Shown here piece after piece: positions 55,928 to 64,000 of a DNA stretch of 64,000 bases. The stretch comes from the human T2T-CHM13v2.0 reference genome, Homo sapiens, in the NCBI RefSeq assembly GCF_009914755.1, contig NC_060939.1. The stretch is one strand, 5' to 3'. A program made the translations under genes and the position numbers. Every line of letters begins with the position of its first letter. The first letter of the stretch is position 1. Under the pieces are notes generated by a model, which was not told where the DNA came from, searched no databases, and saw only the letters and a list, made by a program, of their open reading frames with translations.

Positions 55928-58900
55928 TTCCGTTCCATTCGATTTCGTTCCAATCCATTCGATTCCATTCCATTCGATTCCATTCCATACTATTGCATTC
56001 CATTCGATGACATTATATTCGAATAAGTTCCATTCAAGACCATTTCTTTTGAGTCCATTCTATTTGAGTCCATTCCCTTTGATTCCATAACATTTGAGTC
56101 CATTCAATTCCATTCCTTTCGTTTCCATTCCATTTGATGCCATTCCATTCAATTCTGTTCTACTCGACTCCAATACATTCAATTCCATTCCATCCGATTC
56201 CATTACATTCTTTTCATTTCTTATCCATTTCAAGCCATTCCACTCCATTCCATTCCACTCGTTTCCTTTCCATTCGAGTCCATTCCTCTCCAGTCCATTC
56301 CGTTCAATCCATTCCATTCCAGTCCATTCCATTCGAGTCCGTTCCATTCCAGTCCATTCCATTCGAGTCAATTCCATTCCATTCGATGTCTTTCCATAAC
56401 GATCCATTCCATTCTATTCCTTTCGATTCCATTCCATTCTATTTCATTCCATTCGATTCCCTTCCATTGGACTCCTTTCCATTCGAGTGCATTCCATTCC
56501 TTTCCATTTCTTTCCGTTCTGTACGATTCCTACCGTTCGATTTCATTTTGTTCCAGTCCATTCCTTTCGCGTCCATTCCATTCCATTTCACTCCATTCGA
56601 TTCCATTCCACTCGATTCCACTTCGTTCCATTTCATTGCATTCCATTCTATTCAACTCTATTGCCTTCCATTCCATTCCATTCGATTACATTCCATGCGA
56701 TTCCATTCGAAATCGAATCAATTACATTGCAATCCATTACTATTGAGTCCGTTTTATTCCAGTCCACTGCATTCTGGTCCATTCCATTTGATTCCATTCC
56801 ATTCTATTCCATTCCATACAGTTGCATTCCATTGGATTCCATTCTATATCTATAAATTCAATTCGAGACCATTGCTTTTGAGTCCATTCTATATGATTCC
56901 ATTCCATTCAAGTCCATTACATTTGGTTCAATTCAATTCCATTCCATTCCCTTCCATTCCATTCCAGTTGATATCAATCCATTCGATTCCATTCCATTCG
57001 AGCACATTCCATTCGAATCCATTCCATTCGATGCCATTCCATTTGATTCTATTCCATTAGTCTCCATTCAATTCCATTAATCTCAATTCCATTCCATTCT
57101 ACTCCAACTGATTCCATTCCATTCTATTCCTTTCCATTCCATTTCATTCCATTCCATTCCATTCGCTTCCATTCCATTCGTGTCCATTCCACTCCAGTCC
57201 ATTCCATTCATGTCCATTCCATTCCAGTCCATCCCATTTGTGTCCACTGCATTCCATTCCACTCCATTCCATATTATTCCATTACACTCCATTCCATTCT
57301 ATTACTTTCATTTCCATTCAATTCCATTCCATTTGATTCCATTCCACTCGGTTTCATTCCATATGAGTCCATTCCATTCCATTCCATTAAATTCCATTCG
57401 GTACAATTCCATATTGTTCCATTCGATTCCATTCGAATCCATTCCATTCCAGTCCGTTCCATTCGATTCCATTCCATTCCTTTCAATTCCATTCCATTCC
57501 ATTCCATTCCACTTGAATCCACTCCATTCCCTTCCACTGCATTCCATTCGATTCCATTCCATTGCATTGCATTCCATTCCCTTGGATTGCATTCCATTCG
57601 ATTCCATTCCATTCGAATCAATTACATAGCAATCCATTACATTCGAGTCTATTCTATTCCGTTCCATGCGATTTCGTTCCAATCCATTCGATTCCATTCC
57701 ATTCGATTCCATTCCATACTATTGCATTCCATTCGATTAAATTATATTCGAATAAGTTCCATTCAAGACCATTTCTTTTGAGTCCATTCTATTTGAGTCC
57801 ATTCCCTTTGATTCCATAACATTTGAGTCCATTCAATTCCATTCCTTTCGTTTCCATTCCATTTGATGCCATTCCATTCAATTCTGTTCTACTCGACTCC
57901 AATACATTCAATTCCATTCCATCCGATTCCATTACATTCTTTTCATTTCTTATCCATTTCAAGCCATTCCATTCCATTCCATTCCACTCGTTTCCTTTCC
58001 ATTCGAGTCCATTCCTCTCCAGTCCATTCCGTTCAATCCATTCCATTCCAGTCCATTCCATTCGAGTCCGTTCCATTCCAATCCATTCCATTCGAGTCAA
58101 TTCCATTCCATTCGATGTCTTTCCATAACGATCCATTCCATTCTATTCCTTTCGATTCCATTCCTTTCTATTTCATTCCATTCGATTCCCTTCCATTGGA
58201 CTCCTTTCCATACGAGTGCATTCCGTTCCGTTCCATTTCTTTCCGTTCTGTACGATTCCTACCGTTCGATTTCATTTTGTTCCAGTCATTTCCTTTCGCG
58301 TCCATTCCATTCCTTTTCACTCCATTCGATTCCATTCCACTCGACTCAACTTCGTTCCATTTCATGCCATTCCATTCTATTCAACTCTATTGCCTTCCAT
58401 TCCATTCCATTCGATTACATTCCATGCGATTCCATTCGAAATCGAATCAATTACATTGCAATCCATTACTATTGAGTCCGTTTTATTCCAGTCCACTGCA
58501 TTCTGGTCCATTCCATTTGATTCCATTCCATTCTATTCCATTCCATACAGTTGCATTCCATTGGATTCCATTCTATATCTATAAATTCAATTCGAGACCA
58601 TTGCTTTTGAGTCCATTCTATATGATTCCATTCCATTCAAGTCCATTACATCTGGTTCAATTCCATTCCATTCCATTCCCTTCCATTCCATTCCATTTGA
58701 TATCAATCCATTCGATTCCATTCCATTCGAGGACATTCCATTCGAGTCCATTCCATTCGATGCCATTCCATTTGATTCTATTCCATTAGTCTCCATTCAA
58801 TTCCATTAATCTCCATTCCATTCCATTCTACTCCATCTGATTCCATTCCATTCTATTCCTTTCCATTCCATTTCATTCCATTCCATTCCATTTCATTCCA

Positions 58901-61900
58901 TTCCATTCCATTCGTGTCCATTCCACTCCAGTCCATTCCATTCGTGTCCATTCCATTCCAGTCCATTCCATTTGTGTCCACTGCATTCCATTCCACTCCA
59001 TTCCATATTATTCCATTACACTCCATTCCATTCTATTACTTTCATTTCCATTCAATTCCATTCCATTTGATTCCATTCCACTCGGTTTCATTCCTTTTGA
59101 GTCCACTCCATTCCATTCCATTCCATTCCATTCAGTTCCATTCCATTCTGTTCCATTCCATTCCGTTCCATTACATTCCATTCCATTCGGTACCATTCCA
59201 TATTGTTCCATTCGATTCCATTCGAATCCATTCCATTCCAGTCCATTCCATTCGATTCCATTCCATTCATTTCAATTCCATTCCATTCCATTCCATTACA
59301 TTCCACTTGATTCCTCTCCATTCCCTTCCACTGCATTCCGTTCGATTCCATTCCATTGCATTGCATTCCATTCCATTGGATTGCATTCCATTCGATTCCA
59401 TTCCATTCGAATCAATTACATAGCAATCCATTACATTCGAGTCTATTCTCTTCCGTTCCATTCGATTTCGTTCCAATCCATTCGATTCCATTCCATTCGA
59501 TTCCATTCCATACTATTGCATTCCATTCGATGACATTATATTCGAATAAGTTCCATTCAAGACCATTTCTTTTGAGTCCATTCTATTTGAGTCCATTCCC
59601 TTTGATTCCATAACATTTGAGTCCATTCAATTCCATTCCTTTCGTTTCCATTCCATTTGATGCCATTCCATTCAATTCTGTTCTACTCGACTCCAATACA
59701 TTCAATTCCATTCCATCCGATTCCATTACATTCTTTTCATTTCTTATCCATTTCAAGCCATTCCACTCCATTCCATTCCACTCGTTTCCTTTCCATTCGA
59801 GTCCATTCCTCTCCAGTCCATTCCGTTCAATCCATTCCATTCCAGTCCATTCCATTCGAGTCCGTTCCATTCCAGTCCATTCCATTCGAGTCAATTCCAT
59901 TCCATTCGATGTCTTTCCATAACGATCCATTCCATTCTATTCCTTTCGATTCCATTCCATTCTATTTCATTCCATTCGATTCCCTTCCATTGGACTCCTT
60001 TCCATTCGAGTGCATTCCATTCCTTTCCATTTCTTTCCGTTCTGTACGATTCCTACCGTTCGATTTCATTTTGTTCCAGTCCATTCCTTTCGCGTCCATT
60101 CCATTCCATTTCACTCCATTCGATTCCATTCCACTCGATTCCACTTCGTTCCATTTCATTGCATTCCATTCTATTCAACTCTATTGCCTTCCATTCCATT
60201 CCATTCGATTACATTCCATGCGATTCCATTCGAAATCGAATCAATTACATTGCAATCCATTACTATTGAGTCCGTTTTATTCCAGTCCACTGCATTCTGG
60301 TCCATTCCATTTGATTCCATTCCATTCTATTCCATTCCATACAGTTGCATTCCATTGGATTCCATTCTATATCTATAAATTCAATTCGAGACCATTGCTT
60401 TTGAGTCCATTCTATATGATTCCATTCCATTCAAGTCCATTACATTTGGTTCAATTCAATTCCATTCCATTCCCTTCCATTCCATTCCAGTTGATATCAA
60501 TCCATTCGATTCCATTCCATTCGAGCACATTCCATTCGAATCCATTCCATTCGATGCCATTCCATTTGATTCTATTCCATTAGTCTCCATTCAATTCCAT
60601 TAATCTCAATTCCATTCCATTCTACTCCAACTGATTCCATTCCATTCTATTCCTTTCCATTCCATTTCATTCCATTCCATTCCATTCGCTTCCATTCCAT
60701 TCGTGTCCATTCCACTCCAGTCCATTCCATTCATGTCCATTCCATTCCAGTCCATTCCATTTGTGTCCACTGCATTCCATTCCACTCCATTCCATATTAT
60801 TCCATTACACTCCATTCCATTCTATTACTTTCATTTCCATTCAATTCCATTCCATTTGATTCCATTCCACTCGGTTTCATTCCATATGAGTCCATTCCAT
60901 TCCATTCCATTAAATTCCATTCGGTACAATTCCATATTGTTCCATTCGATTCCATTCGAATCCATTCCATTCCAGTCCGTTCCATTCGATTCCATTCCAT
61001 TCCTTTCAATTCCATTCCATTCCATTCCATTCCACTTGAATCCACTCCATTCCCTTCCACTGCATTCCATTCGATTCCATTCCATTGCATTGCATTCCAT
61101 TCCCTTGGATTGCATTCCATTCGATTCCATTCCATTCGAATCAATTACATAGCAATCCATTACATTCGAGTCTATTCTATTCCGTTCCATGCGATTTCGT
61201 TCCAATCCATTCGATTCCATTCCATTCGATTCCATTCCATACTATTGCATTCCATTCGATTAAATTATATTCGAATAAGTTCCATTCAAGACCATTTCTT
61301 TTGAGTCCATTCTATTTGAGTCCATTCCCTTTGATTCCATAACATTTGAGTCCATTCAATTCCATTCCTTTCGTTTCCATTCCATTTGATGCCATTCCAT
61401 TCAATTCTGTTCTACTCGACTCCAATACATTCAATTCCATTCCATCCGATTCCATTACATTCTTTTCATTTCTTATCCATTTCAAGCCATTCCATTCCAT
61501 TCCATTCCACTCGTTTCCTTTCCATTCGAGTCCATTCCTCTCCAGTCCATTCCGTTCAATCCATTCCATTCCAGTCCATTCCATTCGAGTCCGTTCCATT
61601 CCAATCCATTCCATTCGAGTCAATTCCATTCCATTCGATGTCTTTCCATAACGATCCATTCCATTCTATTCCTTTCGATTCCATTCCTTTCTATTTCATT
61701 CCATTCGATTCCCTTCCATTGGACTCCTTTCCATACGAGTGCATTCCGTTCCGTTCCATTTCTTTCCGTTCTGTACGATTCCTACCGTTCGATTTCATTT
61801 TGTTCCAGTCATTTCCTTTCGCGTCCATTCCATTCCTTTTCACTCCATTCGATTCCATTCCACTCGACTCAACTTCGTTCCATTTCATGCCATTCCATTC

Positions 61901-63054
61901 TATTCAACTCTATTGCCTTCCATTCCATTCCATTCGATTACATTCCATGCGATTCCATTCGAAATCGAATCAATTACATTGCAATCCATTACTATTGAGT
62001 CCGTTTTATTCCAGTCCACTGCATTCTGGTCCATTCCATTTGATTCCATTCCATTCTATTCCATTCCATACAGTTGCATTCCATTGGATTCCATTCTATA
62101 TCTATAAATTCAATTCGAGACCATTGCTTTTGAGTCCATTCTATATGATTCCATTCCATTCAAGTCCATTACATCTGGTTCAATTCCATTCCATTCCATT
62201 CCCTTCCATTCCATTCCATTTGATATCAATCCATTCGATTCCATTCCATTCGAGGACATTCCATTCGAGTCCATTCCATTCGATGCCATTCCATTTGATT
62301 CTATTCCATTAGTCTCCATTCAATTCCATTAATCTCCATTCCATTCCATTCTACTCCAACTGATTCCATTCCATTCTATTCCTTTCCATTCCATTTCATT
62401 CCATTCCATTCCATTTCATTCCATTCCATTCCATTCGTGTCCATTCCACTCCAGTCCATTCCATTCGTGTCCATTCCATTCCAGTCCATTCCATTTGTGT
62501 CCACTGCATTCCATTCCACTCCATTCCATATTATTCCATTACACTCCATTCCATTCTATTACTTTCATTTCCATTCAATTCCATTCCATTTGATTCCATT
62601 CCACTCGGTTTCATTCCATTTGAGTCCACTCCATTCCATTCCATTCCATTCCATTCAGTTCCATTCCATTCTGTTCCATTCCATTCCGTTCCATTACATT
62701 CCATTCCATTCGGTACCATTCCATATTGTTCCATTCGATTCCATTCGAATCCATTCCATTCCAGTCCATTCCATTCGATTCCATTCCATTCATTTCAATT
62801 CCATTCCATTCCATTCCATTACATTCCACTTGATTCCTCTCCATTCCCTTCCACTGCATTCCGTTCGATTCCATTCCATTGCATTGCATTCCATTCCATT
62901 GGATTGCATTCCATTCGATTCCATTCCATTCGAATCAATTACATAGCAATCCATTACATTCGAGTCTATTCTCTTCCGTTCCATTCGATTTCGTTCCAAT
63001 CCATTCGATTCCATTCCATTCGATTCCATTCCATACTATTGCATTCCATTCGAT
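55928..63054 (+). repeat. Recent tandem duplication of a 3523-bp dimer (1729 + 1794 bp units)
   Basis: More than 15 private variants recur exactly 3523 bp apart, for example GGTACA at 57400/60923, CATATGAG, TACGAGTG, CGACTCAAC, TCTGGTT and GAGGACAT. Pseudo-ORF sets are identical at 57180/60703 and 57863/61386. Confidence 0.93.
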
Positions 63055-64000
63055 TACATTATATTCGAATAAGTTCCATTCAAGACCATTTCTTTTGAGT
63101 CCATTCTATTTGAGTCCATTCCCTTTGATTCCATAACATTTGAGTCCATTCAATTCCATTCCTTTCGTTTCCATTCCATTTGATGCCATTCCATTCAATT
63201 CTGTTCTACTCGACTCCAATACATTCAATTCCATTCCATCCGATTCCATTACATTCTTTTCATTTCTTATCCATTTCAAGCCATTCCACTCCATTCCATT
63301 CCACTCGTTTCCTTTCCATTCGAGTCCATTCCTCTCCAGTCCATTCCGTTCAATCCATTCCATTCCAGTCCATTCCATTCGAGTCCGTTCCATTCCAGTC
63401 CATTCCATTCGAGTCAATTCCATTCCATTCGATGTCTTTCCATAACGATCCATTCCATTCTATTCCTTTCGATTCCATTCCATTCTATTTCATTCCATTC
63501 GATTCCCTTCCATTGGACTCCTTTCCATTCGAGTGCATTCCATTCCGTTCTATTTCTTTCCGTTCTGTACGATTCCTACCGTTCGATTTCATTTTGTTCC
63601 AGTCCATTCCTTTCGCGTCCATTCCATGCCATTTCACTCCATTCGATTCCATTCCACTCGATTCCACTTCGTTCCATTTCATTGCATTCCATTCTATTCA
63701 ACTCTATTGCCTTCCATTCCATTCCATTCGATTACATTCCATGCGATTCCATTCGAAATCGAATCAATTACATTGCAATCCATTACTATTGAGTCCGTTT
63801 TATTCCAGTCCACTGCATTCTGGTCCATTCCATTTGATTCCATTCCATTCTATTCCATTCCATACAGTTGCATTCCATTGGATTCCATTCTATATCTATA
63901 AATTCAATTCGAGACCATTGCTTTTGAGTCCATTCTATATGATTCCATTCCATTCAAGTCCATTACATTTGGTTCAATTCCATTCCATTCCATTCCCTTC

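Larger units (their letters stand above)
169..63999 (+). repeat. ~1.8-kb higher-order tandem unit with about 35 copies; probable D15Z1-type (1.8-kb KpnI satellite III, chr15p)
   Basis: A landmark (TAACATTTGAGTCC, start of the 101-aa pseudo-ORF) recurs at 592, 2396, 5146, 6945, 8734, 11193, 12997, 14761, 16555, 18349, 20143, 21942, 23736, 25540, 27334, 29133, 30927, 32721, 34525, 36314, 38113, 39907, 41696, 43495, 45285, 47079, 48888, 50697, 52506, 54300, 56094, 57823, 59617, 61346 and 63140, with modal spacing 1794. One GGTACC occurs per unit (169, 1973, 3762...). The periodicity is directly seen. The D15Z1/chr15 label comes from the known 1.8-kb KpnI satellite III and is not confirmed by alignment. 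Confidence 0.75.
1..64000 (+). repeat. Human satellite 3 (HSat3 / satellite III) array, (CATTC)n on + strand, pericentromeric or acrocentric heterochromatin
   Basis: Every line consists of CATTC pentamers and single-base variants (CGATT, CAGTC, CACTC, TTCAA). The orientation never changes and no unique sequence is present. Long pure CATTC runs and the lack of a dominant CATTCGATGAT motif favour HSat3 over HSat2. Confidence 0.98.

Noticed and set aside
1-64000. CRISPR array, telomeric or alpha-satellite repeat, embedded Alu/L1, or inversion
   Set aside because: There are no unique spacers, TTAGGG tracts, 171-bp monomers, poly(A)/TSD insertions or strand switches to GAATG anywhere in the window.
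1-64000. A previously undescribed biological system, or non-B DNA structure as a novel function
   Set aside because: Everything observed is explained by satellite turnover. Fold-back structures of (GGAAT)n are already described in vitro, and nothing here is specific to this window.

Overview
The whole 64-kb window is one uninterrupted primate classical satellite 3 array (human HSat3, (CATTC)n on +, (GAATG)n on -) in a single orientation. The degenerate pentamers are organised into a ~1.8-kb tandem unit with about 35 full copies, mostly 1789-1809 bp, and normally one KpnI, one EcoRV and one Sau3AI site per unit. This matches the classical 1.8-kb KpnI satellite III D15Z1 of chromosome 15p; that assignment is inferred, not verified. 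I see no genes, RNA genes, transposons, CRISPR or unique sequence, and all listed ORFs are translations of pentamer repeats. I found no new biological system. What the sequence does record is how the array evolved: (i) the 1.8-kb unit is itself an ancient diverged dimer (~830 + ~970 bp); (ii) unit lengths are almost always 5n-1 because of three fixed pentamer-phase breaks; (iii) there are two truncated units (941 and 660 bp); (iv) nested multi-unit duplications with periods of 7191, 8980 and 5382 bp lie at ~20-43.5 kb; (v) there is an older 3618-bp dimer and a very recent 3523-bp tandem duplication carrying a KpnI-negative 1729-bp variant.
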